The notes below the pieces were generated by a model. It made no database searches and was not told the DNA's origin. It saw nothing but the letters and a program-made list of their open reading frames with translations. Of a stretch of 64,000 nucleotides of DNA, positions 36,888-49,398 are shown one piece after another. The DNA lies in contig NIVC01000479.1 in NCBI GenBank assembly GCA_002269645.1, positions 248,001 to 312,000 on the forward strand. Reading direction: 5' to 3'. Positions within the stretch are counted from its first letter, which is position 1. Every line of letters starts with the position of its first letter. This DNA is from Macrostomum lignano (Eukaryota). The position numbers were made by a program, and so were the translations under genes.

Positions 36888-39800
36888 ATGTCTAATCCTA
36901 TTTCATCTGAAAGGTCCTCTGTAGAAGACGATTCGCCGAATCAGCAGGAGCATTCAACAGTCCCTAAAACTCCAGAGAAGACTGAGGAAGACCCAGGCGA
37001 ACAAGCTCCATTAAACGGGAAGCCTCGGAATCAGGAGCAGCAAGAGAAAATTAGACTGGCAACAAGCCAACAATGCAACTGTAAAAGTATATTCTATATG
37101 ATTTGCGCACTGCTTGGGATTGCGCTTTTAGCTGCCATCCTCTACAAGCTCTGTCAAGAAACTGACAAGATTTCTACAACACCTGCGCCAAACTTTGTCA
37201 GCGCCGTGAGCCGAAGAAGTCCAGCAGCAGCAGCCATCACCACAGCTGCGACTGGATCGAATATTTCCTCTACTCGTAGCACAACTGTAAGACTCGTTAT
37301 ACTTTTTAACTACTTTAAGTAACAATAGCAATAGAAAAGCGTGTATAATGCGCATTTCAGCGGCCAACAATCTACTTCTCGATGGTCCTTGATCCTAAAC
37401 GAATTGACGTTTGCTCGGACAATAAAGAAACCAACTGCAGGCATGGCAAAAGACCAACTTTTATACTGCCGGGCGCCAATGGCCGTGAGTAATGGTTTCT
37501 GTGAGTATGGCTCAAGCTTGGTAGCATAGGTTTTTTGTCTCCTTTTCGCCCTTTTTCTCAAAGGTCTACTCTAACTATCCATAACTAATCTTCGTTCCTG
37601 AAAAGTCCAAAAAAATCCCCGTGAAACGAAAAAATCGCACTTTGAAAATGATGAAAAATAACAAATATCAATAAAATAATCGCTTGCATATAAGTGATAT
37701 AACAAAGGTTTTTAGCGTTTCTTGAGTCTATTTTTTAAGAAGAGATTTTGGGTTTTTTTTGTTATTTTTCAAACAATGTAGTTATAAATACTATTTTAGC
37801 TTTGAAAGTTTGTACTTTATTTTACTTGCTTAAAAATGTGATTTTTCGACATCCTCCATTTTCATACGCTCGTATTTGGTATGTGCTGGTGGAAAAGTCA
37901 TGGGATTTTTAACGATTTTTCTCTAGCAGTAATACATAAATTATAGCGGACTTTTGAACAACGTAGAGCGACCGAAAGTGCATTACCCTTAGTATTTTTA
38001 TTACACCTGCCCCAATGGGTAGATGCGCAACCGACAGCTCAGCCGCAGTTATTGCGCGGCGCATCTGAAGGCTGCGTACGGCTGTTCAGTCCAAGGACTG
38101 GGGGGTCGCCACACACCCTCAATTACCTCAGCTAATGCTGGCACCCATTTTACAGCTGGGTGAACTGAAGCAATGCAGAGTGAAGTGTCTTTTGCTTAAC
38201 TTGCTCAATTGGGAAAAATTGTTCCGAGTGAGTCTTAAGTCTTGCTCTAACTACTAGGCTACAACCCTCACTCTGGACCCCGTTTTGAGTTTCAGCATAC
38301 CAATCAACAAGACCAAACTGTTATTGTACTTTCAGATGCACAGAACCTGGGACCATTCACTTGCAAAGTAAACCATCAATGCGAGCAAGTGCAGACAATC
38401 GGCAATGAGTTTGTTTTTAAACGCCCAGGAAGAGTCAAAATCAATGCCCAGGTGAGACGCTGTACCCCTAAGTATGTTCCAAGCATATTATTACAACCAA
38501 AAATGACAACCAACAAATATAAATATAAACCTTTGAATGAAAATTCGTTATAGAATAAACAGAACCTGTATTAGGCCACTGCTAGCTACAGATGTCACTC
38601 GCAAAGATGCGTTCATCAACTCTTTTTTAGTAGCTAAAGTTGCATTTCTGTCTTTCTGCAAGCGAAATAAAATAATTTACATTTTACGTTTTTGAAGCTT
38701 CAAAAAAACAATAAGAAATTTGAGGTAGAAAATTTCATGAAAACTTGATAACGGCCTAAACCATTGCGTCTGCATAGCGAGCAAGAGAGAAAAGGGGTGG
38801 TGCCCCCAGCCCCCAGCCAGGCCGATAAATAGTTTGGCTTTCCTCTTGCCCGCTTGTGTCTGACTGTGACGACTCTCCTTACTGCTCTCTCATTGGTTGA
38901 GCTAGATTGGGCCTGCCCCCTAGGCTGGGTTTCGTCCGGTCTGACTTTGGACCCTCTCTCTCTCTTTACTGCTCTCTCATTGGCTGAGCTAGATTGGGCC
39001 TGCCCCCCTAGGCTGGGTTTCGTCTGGTCTGACTTTGACCCTAGCTCTCTCTCCTTACTACTCTCTCATTGGCTGAGCTAGATTGGGCCTGCCCCCTATG
39101 CTGGGTTTCGTCCGGTCTGACTTTGTCCCTCTCTCCTTACTGCTCTCTTATTGGTTGAGCTACATGTAGATTGGGCCTGCTCCCCCCCTAGGCTGAGTTC
39201 TGTCTGTCGTACGTTCACTTGTGTACATCGAGTTCAATTCTTGTTGGTCCATCTTTAACCCCATATGCTCCCTGAGGCCGCAAACCCCGAGGAAGGAAAA
39301 TAAATTTTAACTGCCATTTTAGATTTAAGTGACACTGCGCAGACTAACTACTGAAAAAAGAGTAGACGCTCAACTTTCTTCCAACTTAAATCGCAAGTGA
39401 CACACCCTGTGTTATTCGAGTACCTGTGCTCACTGCAAAACAATTACACCCGAAAGCAGAAAGAAACAAAATACTGATTTACCGATGAAAACCCGCCAAG
39501 ACTAGACTCAATCAATGAAAGATGTCTATCAACTCACCAGTGATAAACTGACCAATTATTCCATGTAAGTAGTATAGCGCGCCAGGATTGCTAACAAACA
39601 ACTCATTTCTTGTATTTACTCCCTTCGAGACACATACTTACTCATTTTGAGCTCTGCAGTACGACTTTAACGAAGGGAGTACGAGAAATGAGAGGGGCTT
39701 CGACAAAGAAGTTCTAGCGCTTGTTGTATATACGACTCCATGGACAACCAAAGTAGAATTCTTAATTCTTAGTCTACACTCGAAAATCATGCAAATTACG

Positions 39801-40131
39801 ATAGGAAGTTTTTGAATGGTAACCCTCCGACCCTCATTTAAACTCATTAATTGCCACCCCACGAACTATACAGGTGTCATTGGAAAGCGCCAACACAGGT
39901 CAGCAAGTCACCCTGGACTTGAGGCTCAATAGAAGCAGAATTGAGAAAAGAGTGTTCGATAAACTTCACCCAGGCAGCAAAGTTACTCTGCCGATTCACT
40001 CTGAGCGTATAAAATTGTCAGCAAACAGCACCATCGCTCTGAGATTGACTCTTGAATCTGGATTACCCGTGGAACTGCTCTACGCAATTGCTGACACAGA
40101 CGTCAGCTTCGAACTGTTACTGGACAACTGA
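36888..40131 (+). CDS. Divergent TNF-superfamily ligand-like type II membrane protein B, 4 exons, 298 aa
   Basis: Exons 36888-37286, 37361-37484, 38336-38451, 39874-40131; GT-AG introns with phases 0,1,0 as in gene A. TM IFYMICALLGIALLAAILYKL; FSMVLD aligns with A's HFVLD; PGRVKINAQ|VSL aligns with A's GGVYLIYAQ|VSF at the same intron position. Confidence 0.72.
38144..38208 (+). mobile_element. CORE-SINE (MIR-core-like) relic in intron 2 of TNF-like B
   Basis: CCCATTTTACAGCTGGGTGAACTGAAGCAATGCAGAGTGAAGTGTCTT resembles the MIR/CORE consensus as recalled (CCCATTTTACAGATGAGGAAACTGAGGCACAGAGAGGTTAAGTGACTT). Confidence 0.55.
38870..39195. repeat. ~80-90 bp tandem repeat, 4 copies, intron 3 of TNF-like B
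   Basis: CTCTCCTTACTGCTCTCTCATTGGCTGAGCTAGATTGGGCCTGCCCCC... recurs four times. Confidence 0.9.
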
Positions 40132-40244
40132 ACAATGTTGGCAATACCATTAATACTCGTGATTGATAACGGCTGTTTTTCAATGCGATCTGCAAGATAA
40201 GGGCTGATTCTTTAATGGGGCAGACGGGTATATAATTCCCAAGC

Positions 40245-40545
40245 GATTATGGGGTGACGGGCGATTCTTTAATGGGAGTGAAGGACGATTCTTTAATTGA
40301 GTGAAGGGCGATTCTTTAATTGAGTGAAGGGCGATCCTTTAATTGAGTGAAGGGCGATTCTTTAATTGAGTGAAGGGCGATTCTTTAATTGAGTGAAGGG
40401 CGATTCTTTAATTGAGTGAAGGGCGATCCTTTAATTGAGTGAAGGGCGATTCTTTAATTGAGTGAAGGGCGATTCTTTAATTGAGTGAAGGGCGATTCTT
40501 AATTTGAGTGAAAGGCGATTCTTTAATTGGGGTAAAGAGCGATTC
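40245..40545. repeat. 23-bp minisatellite (GGGCGATTCTTTAATTGAGTGAA), ~12 copies
   Basis: Direct reading. Confidence 0.93.
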
Positions 40546-40964
40546 AAAAGCTTCAAAAGCGCGCAATGACGACATTACGAGACATTTTTTAAATTTAAGT
40601 ACCAAAGCAATTAACATCCCGCACCCACAAAGACGTTACAATAAAGTAATACATAAGCAAATCATGAATGAATTTTTTATTGACCATCAATCAATATATT
40701 GCAGTTTAAATTGAAAAATATTCTTTTAAACATTTTTTCACTTTTTATTTATTTCCTTCACTTTCACCACTGAAAGTAGCATACACTGACTATTGAAAAA
40801 TTAAATTGACTGATCAGGGTAAAAAAGTAACTATAAATATTTGAATTGAGTTTTGAACAAGCGGCCATAAGAAACAAATTACAAGCTAAAAATAGGCAAT
40901 TGATGTGACCTAACTATAAAATCAGCATGCACAATTAAAAATTCAACGACAACGAAAGTTTGGC

Positions 40965-41965
40965 TGGCATAGCAACTGAGGATCTGGGAGGCTGACATAG
41001 CAACTGAGGATCTGGGAGGCTGGCATAGCAACTGAGGATCTGGGAGGCTGGCATAGCAACTGAGGATCTGGGAGGCTGGCATAGCAACTGAGGATCTGGG
41101 AGGCTGGCCCAGAAACTGAGGATCTGGGAGGCTGGCCCAGCAACTGAGGATCTGGGAGGCTGGCATAGCAACTGAGGATCTGGGAGGCTGGCATAGCAAC
41201 TGAGGATCTGGGAGGCTGGCATAGCAACTGAGGATCTGGGAGGCTGGCCCAGAAACTGAGGATCTGGGAGGCTGGCCCAGCAACTGAGGATCTGGGAGGC
41301 TGGCCCAGAAACTGAGGATCTGGGAGGCTGGCCCAGAAACTGAGGATCTGGGAGGCTGGCCCAGAAACTGAGGATCTGGGAGGCTGGTCCAGCAACTGAG
41401 GATCTGGGAAGCTGGAAAAGCAACTGAGGATCTGGGAGGCTGGTCCAGCAACTGAGGATCTGGGAAGCTGGAAAAGCAACTGAGGATCTGGGAGGCTGGC
41501 CCAGCAACTGAGGATCTGGGAAGCTGGAAAAGCAACTGAGGATCTGGGAGGCTGGTCCAGCAACTGAGGATCTGGGAAGCTGGAAAAGCAACTGAGGATC
41601 TGGGAGGCTGGCCCAGCAACTGAGGATCTGGGAAGCTGGTCCAGAAACTGAGGATCTGGGAAGCTGGAAAAGCAACTGAGGATCTGGGAGGCTGGCCCAG
41701 CAACTGAGGATCTGGGACTCTGGCCCAGCAACTGAGGGTCTGGGAAGCTGGTCCAGCAACTGAGGATCTGGGAAGCTGGAAAAGCAACTGAGGATCTGGG
41801 AGGCTGGCCCAGCAACTGAGGATCTGGGACTCTGGCCCAGCAACTGAGGGTCTGGGAAGCTGGTCCAGCAACTGAGGATCTGGGACTGGGAGGCTGGCAA
41901 AGCAACTGAGGATCTGGGACTGGGAGGCTGGCAAAGCAACTGAGGGTCTGGAAGGCTGGCCCAGT
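40965..41965. repeat. 28-bp minisatellite (GCAACTGAGGATCTGGGAGGCTGGCATA and variants), ~35 copies
   Basis: Direct reading. Confidence 0.96.
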
Positions 41966-42142
41966 GATCGGGGAGAACGCCAGTTTCCCTATCTTAGGAT
42001 AAATAATTAACAGTAATAGAAAACATTAGTTTGTTTTTTATTGATATTACAGAATGGCAAAACGACTGTGAAGAATCAAATGAATGGAGAGTTTAGTTTC
42101 TCATTGCCAAGACATCCGTGAGCGATGGTCAAGGTCAGGTCG

Positions 42143-42913
42143 TCAGTCATCCGCCGCTGACGGTTTCGGCAGGGTGCTGTGGTGCCGATGCGACTTCAGG
42201 CCGCTTAGAGATGTCGATAAAGCTTCCTCATTGTCATCGACATCGTCGGCTGCTGCTCCGGCGGTGGCGGCGGCGCCGGTTGAAGCTCCGGCGCTCTCAG
42301 AGACTGCCCGACTTGGCTGGCGACTGTGCCGAATCTGCTGGTGGGGCTGCTGTTGCCTGCCAGCTGCTGCAGAGAACTTGCCAGCAGAAGCATCCGGTGC
42401 AGTGCTGATGCTGGTACGCCGTGACAGCAGCAGAGAATGCAAGCCCAGCGCCAGGAATATGAACAACAGTACACCATCCACGGCGTACACTACAGCAATC
42501 TGTGTCAGATAAGACGGCATGTTGTACACCTGCAGAGTAGTGCTAGCGTTGTACCGCCGATCAGGCACTGAGCAGACATAATCTCCTGAGTCCTCAACAG
42601 CCAGGTGAATAGCCGACATGGTGCCATTCACTGCACTGATATTAGCATGGGACCAGGCCCAATTATCAATCTGGCTGCCATTGGGAAAGTACCAGGCCAG
42701 CTCAGCAACGGAGTAATTAGTGGCCAGTTCCGGTGACAGATGACAGCTAACTGTGGTGTTGCTACCCACTAATAGGGACTGCTGGTACGGTTCGGCAGCC
42801 AGAGGCGGAGTCTCTTCATCTGGCTCGCTGGCAACTGTCTGCTGAGGCGTTGAAAATAGCAGCAACAGGAAAAGCAGGAACACTGAATTGCTTTGGAGCA
42901 TCGTTGTGGACAT
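42143..42913 (-). CDS. Single-Ig type I membrane protein A (256 aa, coding region intronless)
   Basis: Signal peptide VFLLFLLLLFS; Ig motifs TVSCHL, LAWYFPNG, DSGDYVC; TM IAVVYAVDGVLLFIFLALGL; ~90-aa low-complexity cytoplasmic tail. Confidence 0.9.
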   Translation of the reverse strand: MSTTMLQSNSVFLLFLLLLFSTPQQTVASEPDEETPPLAAEPYQQSLLVGSNTTVSCHLSPELATNYSVAELAWYFPNGSQIDNWAWSHANISAVNGTMSAIHLAVEDSGDYVCSVPDRRYNASTTLQVYNMPSYLTQIAVVYAVDGVLLFIFLALGLHSLLLSRRTSISTAPDASAGKFSAAAGRQQQPHQQIRHSRQPSRAVSESAGASTGAAATAGAAADDVDDNEEALSTSLSGLKSHRHHSTLPKPSAADD

Positions 42914-42949
42914 GAATGAAAAAAGTTAAAGGTACTTTCAAAATGTCTA

Positions 42950-43690
42950 ATGACACAATCTACCATTGTCTAAATCTAATAGCATGATACACAATCTATC
43001 ATTGTGCAAACCCAATAGCACGATACACAATCTATCATTGTGCAAACCAAATAGCATGATACACAATCTATCATTGTGCAAACCCAATAGCATGATACAA
43101 AATCTACCATTGTGCAAACCAAATAGCATGATACACAATCTACCATTGTGCAAACCAAATAGCATGATACACAATCTACCATTGTGCAAACCAAATAGCA
43201 TGATACACAATCTACCATTGTGCAAACCAAATAGCATGATACACAATCTACCATTGTGCAAACCAAATAGCATGATACACAATCTACCATTGTGCAAACC
43301 AAATAGCATGATACACAATCTACCATTGTGCAAACCAAATAGCATGATACACAATCTACCATTGTGCAAACCAAATAGCATGATACACAATCTACCATTG
43401 TGCAAACCCAATAGCATGATACACAATCTACCATTGTCTAAATTCAATAGCATGATACACAATCTACCATTGTGCAAACCAAATAGCATGATACACAATC
43501 TACCATTGTGCAAACCCAATAGCATGATACACAATCTACCATTGTGCAAACCCAATAGCATGATACACAATCTACCATTGTGCAAACCCAATAGCATGAT
43601 ACACAATCTACCATTGTCTAAATTCAATAGCATGATTCACAATCTACCATTGTGCAAACCAAATAGCATGATACACAATCTACCAGTGCC
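42950..43690. repeat. 36-bp minisatellite (ATGATACACAATCTACCATTGTGCAAACCAAATAGC), ~20 copies
   Basis: Direct reading. Confidence 0.96.
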
Positions 43691-44444
43691 AGACATAAAC
43701 AGTAGCAAGTAACATAAACTAAAAGCAAGTCTTCAGCTTTTTTTTTTCTTCCACTAACGATTAAATTGCCTACTTTTAGGCCCAATTATAATATTAGCAT
43801 GCTTACATTTTTACCCACTCGAACAGGAATTTAAGTAAAACTAGGCTCTGTTAATCTATCAATTTTACGCTTAGCGAGGGTTGGCGAGAGTGTCCTCAAT
43901 TAATGATAAGCGCCTGCCTCGGCTATTATAGGAATTTTAAGCTGAACAGATGCGACTGAAAGACAGTCCTTTTTGGAGGAGATGAATGAAACAATCTAAA
44001 CGCTTTTTATTTTTTTACAGAGTAGAACCCTTCTTGCCTTTCACTTTCTCTCTCTCGTCTAAACGCTTTGATATTGAAGGCTGCACAAAAATATATCTGG
44101 GGATAGTTGGTAATTTCCTATTCAAATAAATACATCTACAAAGTACAAACTTAAACATGAAACTATATTCCTGGGGACACGCAGAAATTTTATACGATGA
44201 GAAGTTTCTGTAGGCTGCTGAACAACAAGCCTGTCATCATTAAATATAAAATATTAATTTTGTGCTAGCTATTAGATTTCATAGACGAAAGGGTATACTG
44301 AAGAGGTTTGAGGAGATATTGAAGACATGAGGTTATAGAGTGTGAGAAAAGGTCATTAGAGTGTGAGGATAGATAAAGGCCTGTGAGAGATCAGGAGAGA
44401 AAATATCAGTGTCGTCCCAGCTTAGTGGGTGTGAGGAGAGATCA

Positions 44445-45212
44445 GATGAGTGTGATGAGAGATCAGGGAGAGTGAGGAGAGATCAGGGAGAGTGGGGAGA
44501 GATCAGGGAGGGTGGGGAGAGATCAGGGAGGGTAGGGAGAGATCAGGGAGGGTGGGGAGAGATCAGGGGAGTGTGAGGAGGGATCAGGGAGGGTGGGGAG
44601 AGATCAGGGAGGGTGGGGAGAGATCAGGGAGGGTGGGGAGAGATCAGGGAGGGTGGGGAGAGATCAGGGGAGTGTGAGGAGGGATCAGGGAGGGTGGGGA
44701 GAGATCAGGGAGGGTGGGGAGGGATCAGGGAGGGTGGGGAGAGATCAGGGAGGGTGGGGAGAGATCAGGGAGGGTGAGGAGAGATCAGGGAGGGTGAGGA
44801 GAGATCAGGGAGTGTGAGGAGAGATCAGGGAGTGTGAGAAGAGATCAGGGAGTATGAGGAGAGATCAGGGAGAGTGAGGAGAGATCAGAGAGTATGAGGA
44901 GAGATCAGGGAGGGTGGGGAGAGATCAGGGAGAGTGAGGAGAGATCAGGGAGAGTGAGGAGAGATCAAGGAGTGTGAGGAGAGATCAGGGAGTGTGAGGA
45001 GAGATCAGGGAGGTTGAGGAGAGATCAGGGAGGGTGGGGAGAGATTAGGGAGGGTGGGGAGAGATCAGGTAGTATGAGGAGAGATCAGGTAGTATGAGGA
45101 GAGATCAGGGAGAGTGAGGAGAGATCAGGGAGAGTGAGGAGAGATCAGGGAGTGTGAGGAGAGATCAGGGAGTGTGAGGAGAGATCAATGAGGGTGAGGA
45201 GAGATCAGGGTG
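44445..45212. repeat. 20-bp purine-rich minisatellite (GAGAGATCAGGGAGGGTGGG), ~38 copies
   Basis: Direct reading. Confidence 0.95.
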
Positions 45213-45539
45213 AGATAGATAGGTGTGTGAAAGCCCAGCTGAGATACGCTTTAATCAGAGTTATTAGGGTGGCAAATGAAGCAAATAAAGTGAGTGCCTG
45301 TAAAGTAAGTTGTCGTCATGAGAGCTCTTACGACAAAAATTTCCACATCCTTTATACGCTCGTAATCGCATTAATTCTACTTTTTTATCCAAAAAGAAAT
45401 CGCTAAATTGGGGTCCACTTAGCTCGAATATCTTCAAACATGATGCTTTCATCTCAGAAAATGAACCACTTTTAGGACAGAATTATTATCTAATAGATTA
45501 GTATTAGACGGGCCGATTTAGAAAAATCTTCAAACATAA

Positions 45540-46457
45540 TACTTTCACTTGCTACTTAATTAATCTATTAATGAACCACTTTCAGGACAGAATTTTCATT
45601 GTCGTATGATAAAAACTCACTTAGACTCCAAAGTAAGTCATGCCCAAAATCCGTTAGTGTCTATATGGCATGCGAGGAGTTAGGAAAAGCGCAGTCGAAG
45701 CATGAAGCCCGACAAGACGCATTCTCAATTTTACAAGGCTACTCGCCTAAAACTCGGTGACTCAGCCACCAAAGTCCACCAAGATCTGGTAGCTGCTTGG
45801 GGCGATGCTGTTCCATCCTTGAGAACCATACAGCGCTGGATGAAAGACGTCAATGACGGGACGCGGGAAGTGCTCGGCGATGGTGACCGACCTGGCCGGT
45901 CAAGGAGCTAAAGGACAGATGAGCTGGCGATGAAGGTGAAGGAGATGGTCTGCGAGGATCCCCACCTCTCGTCTCGTGATCTAGTTGACCTCTGGCGAAC
46001 CGGAAACCTGTAACGTACTCTGAGCAAGATCAGCTCGCAAAAACGGACAATGCTCGACCGCATGTTGCAGGACTCTTTAGGGATTTCCCCTGCAAGAGCG
46101 CTCTGTCACCGCGATTTGGAAGAGCCCTACAGTTCCGATCTGAACCTGTGTGACCGATTTCTGTTCCTCTAGCTAAAGAACGCACTCCGCGGCATGACCT
46201 TCAACAACTGTCAAGAGGTTGAAGAGGCCTCATTGCAGGTGTTGCGGAACACCTCTGAAAGTGCCCTCCGAGACCAGGTGGATCTGCCCCTGGACCACTA
46301 CCAGCGCGTGATTGCAGTCAATGGACACTACGTTACTGATTAGAGTTAAAATGTTTCACGTTTTTACCTGTTTGCTTGCCTAGAGGTACTAACGACAAGA
46401 CTTTTGTTCCACCTGGAGTACGTATTGAAAATGATTTCGAAGTGGCGAATAAAAGTA
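45540..46457 (+). mobile_element. Internally deleted, decayed mariner element
   Basis: N-terminal HTH (ATKVHQDLVAAWGDAVPSLRTIQRWMK...DRPGR) at 45702-45911; C-terminal PYSSDLNLCD (YSPDLAPCD-like) ...RVIAVNGHY at ~46125-46343; in-frame stops; weak 14/18 terminal inverted match. Confidence 0.85.
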
Positions 46458-48404
46458 TAGTGATGGGAAGTTTTAAAGGCAAGATAAGATTATTCTGTTA
46501 TTTTTTGGGAATGATACTAATAGATTTACTGGGATTATGGCGACAGTTGAAAAATCCTGTCCAAAAAGTCCCTCTCATGACCACTACTCCAGTATCTCTA
46601 GTAATTTGTCAATAAAATTGAAGAAGAAATGAAGTCAGCAGTTCATCCTCAAAGGTACCTACAGACTAATACAAAGAGTAAACGCTTGATTAAAGACTGT
46701 TGTCGTTCGCTTTCTCCTAGACCTTGTCGGAGCTTTGGATGCCAAGGTTTCAAATTCCTTTCAACCCGCGTTGATTACACAAAACTGCATTTGAGAAGAC
46801 AACTAACCAAATTTGAACAGGCGTGTCTTTTAGCGCGCAGCAGTGTTGTCCAAAAATAGATTTCCAAGAAACCCGGACAGGCGTCATAGAAAGAAAGGCA
46901 AAGACAAAAGCAAAAGCGAAAAATGTCGTGAAAGCGACGCGAGCTACAATCAACGATCGAGTTCGAACTAGAACACAGAGACGTCAATGGATTTCCCAGA
47001 TACCCACGCCTTTCATTTTTTTCTACAAAAGAAAGAGGCGTTCCAGGGCTGGCTTGAATTGCTAGGCGCGGCGAGTCGATAATTTCTTTTCAAACTACCC
47101 GCATTTCAGTTGCCAGCCACGCCTACGCGCTGTTTTTGCTAGGGCGACATGGACAGATAAGGCAAAGGCATCTCAAAGCTCGCCTGCAGTAGCAGCTGTA
47201 ATCAGGAAATGGGAGACTCCCCCAGGTAACGCAGGCCTTGCAACGCAGCGCAGGAAGGAAACGACAAGACAAGGAGCTAGCTTGGCTGGGCCAGTGCAGG
47301 GGGACGGACTGGCGACACAAAATCCGCCCCTCCCTTCCTCAGGATGTGCTGAGCAGCAGCATCATTATCATAGCTATCTGCTTCTTTTATTCCCAGCTGC
47401 AGAAGCCAACTGAGCAGAGGGCAAACCATCAATCAGCAGAGCCCACCGCCATGCCTAATATATCCACGAACTGAAATGAGGAAACTTATTTTTTCGAATT
47501 ATCTTTCTCTTTCTTTTCTGACTAACTACATTACATATCTATATAGATAGCGTCACGTTCAACTTGGGCCTTCATCTATCATCGCGTACCTAATGCCTAT
47601 TATCCTGTGTCACGCGTCACCAAGTTGGAGAAAGAAAGCAAAAAAGTAGACAAACGTGGCATTGCCGAAGTCAGCCAAGCACAAAATAATGCTCATTTAA
47701 TATGCTTTGTTAATAAAAAAACATAACACACCAAACGCGTCGAGCTGGCCTAGAAAAAAACTGAAAAAATTGTTTGCAAAAGCAGCAAAAAACGCTGGCT
47801 ATCACTAAAGAAAAACGGAAAATGGAATCATAGTTAACAGCATATATAGGAAAACGAGACGTGGGCGAAAAACAGTCTGAGTTTTCCTCAAATCCCAGCT
47901 GACTCAAGGCTGGCAGCAAATATCAGTAGCAAGAAGATAAAACCGGATTACCCGCTTCCGAAACGTCACTTTTTCTTATAGGTCTGATCCAGACTGACTG
48001 ACTGACTTTGGGTGATCGATTACTGAATTTTTTCAACCTATATGCGCATATGAAACAGCGATAGTCCAGGATGGGATTTCAGATCGAACTTTTTATCTAC
48101 TTGTAGGCTAAATTCGAAAAAAAGTAAAACTCGTGTGTCCATCACCAAAATAATTAATAAAGTAGCGCTTAAATAAGGCACAGAGCAATAAGCTGATACG
48201 CAACAATTCACCTAAGAAAGTGCAGCACCAATTTTTTTATAAAATCTATTAATATATAGCAAATTTTACACCAACACGTGACCAGAAATCAAAGGAGCAT
48301 TCTGAACTTAGACGTGGTTTGAAAGCGGTGACCTCAAGGAACTGAGCAAAACCAATGCTAGAATCTATCTATGATCCTAAAAACTTACAAGTTAAACTGG
48401 CTCA

Positions 48405-49150
48405 AGGAACTGGTTCTGTTCTTTGAGTCATGGCTTCCATAACTGGTTCTGTTCTTTGGGTCATGGCTTCCAAAACTGGTTCTGTTCTTTGGGTCATGGC
48501 TTCCATAACTGGTTCTGTTCTTTGAGTCATGGCTTCCAAAACTGGTTCTGTTCCTTGGGTCATGGCTTCCAAAACTGGTTCTGTTCTTTGGGTCATGGCT
48601 TCCAAAACTGGTTCTGTTCTTTAAGTCATGGCTTCCATAACTGGTTCTGTTTTTTGGGTCATGGCTTCCAAAACTGGTTCTGTTCCTTGGGTCATGGCTT
48701 CCAAAACTGGTTCTGTTCTTTGGGTCATGGCTTCCATAACTGGTTCTGTTCTTTGAGTCATCATGCCTTCCAAAACCGGTTCTGTTCTTTAGGTCATGGC
48801 TTCCAAAACTGGTTCTGTTCTTTAATTCATGGCTTCCATAACTGGTTCTGTTTTTTGGGTCATGGCTTCCAAAACTGGTTCTGTTCTTTGAGTCATGGCT
48901 TCCAAAACTGGTTCTGTTCTTTGAGTCATCATGCCTTCCAAAACTGGTTCTGTTCCTTGAGTCATCATGCCTTCCAAACCGGTTCTGTTCTTTGAGTCAT
49001 CATATGCCTTCCAAAACTGGTTCTGTTCCTTGAGTCATCATGGCTTCCAAAACTGGTTTTGTTCTTTGAGTCATGGCTTCCAAAACTGGTTCTGTTCTTT
49101 GAGTCATGGCTTCCAAAACTGGTTCTGTTCTTTGAGTCATGGCTTTCAAA
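48405..49150. repeat. 33-bp minisatellite (CATGGCTTCCAAAACTGGTTCTGTTCTTTGGGT), ~22 copies
   Basis: Direct reading. Confidence 0.96.
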
Positions 49151-49398
49151 ACGCGTCAAGATTCACGAACTCTCGCAGAAAAGCACTAGCCTTAATAAGA
49201 CCAAAACAGCACATTGAAGCGACCCCGTATTTTTATGCAGAAAAATTGGATTAGAATCAAGTAAAAAGCTAATGAAAGCTGAACCAACCAACCAGAGACA
49301 GAGTTTTATTTAACAGCAGAACTGAATCATGGTAAGAAATTAACTATTGGTTGCACTAGAAAAAAAGCAAAAGAAATTCCAATAGAAAAAACTTGCAA

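Noticed and set aside
40879-43712. 320-350 aa and 150-250 aa repetitive ORFs flanking Ig receptor A
   Set aside because: 28-bp and 36-bp minisatellite translations
47100-47474. GC-rich stretch with 50-110 codon open frames on both strands
   Set aside because: No recognisable domain, start or splice chain
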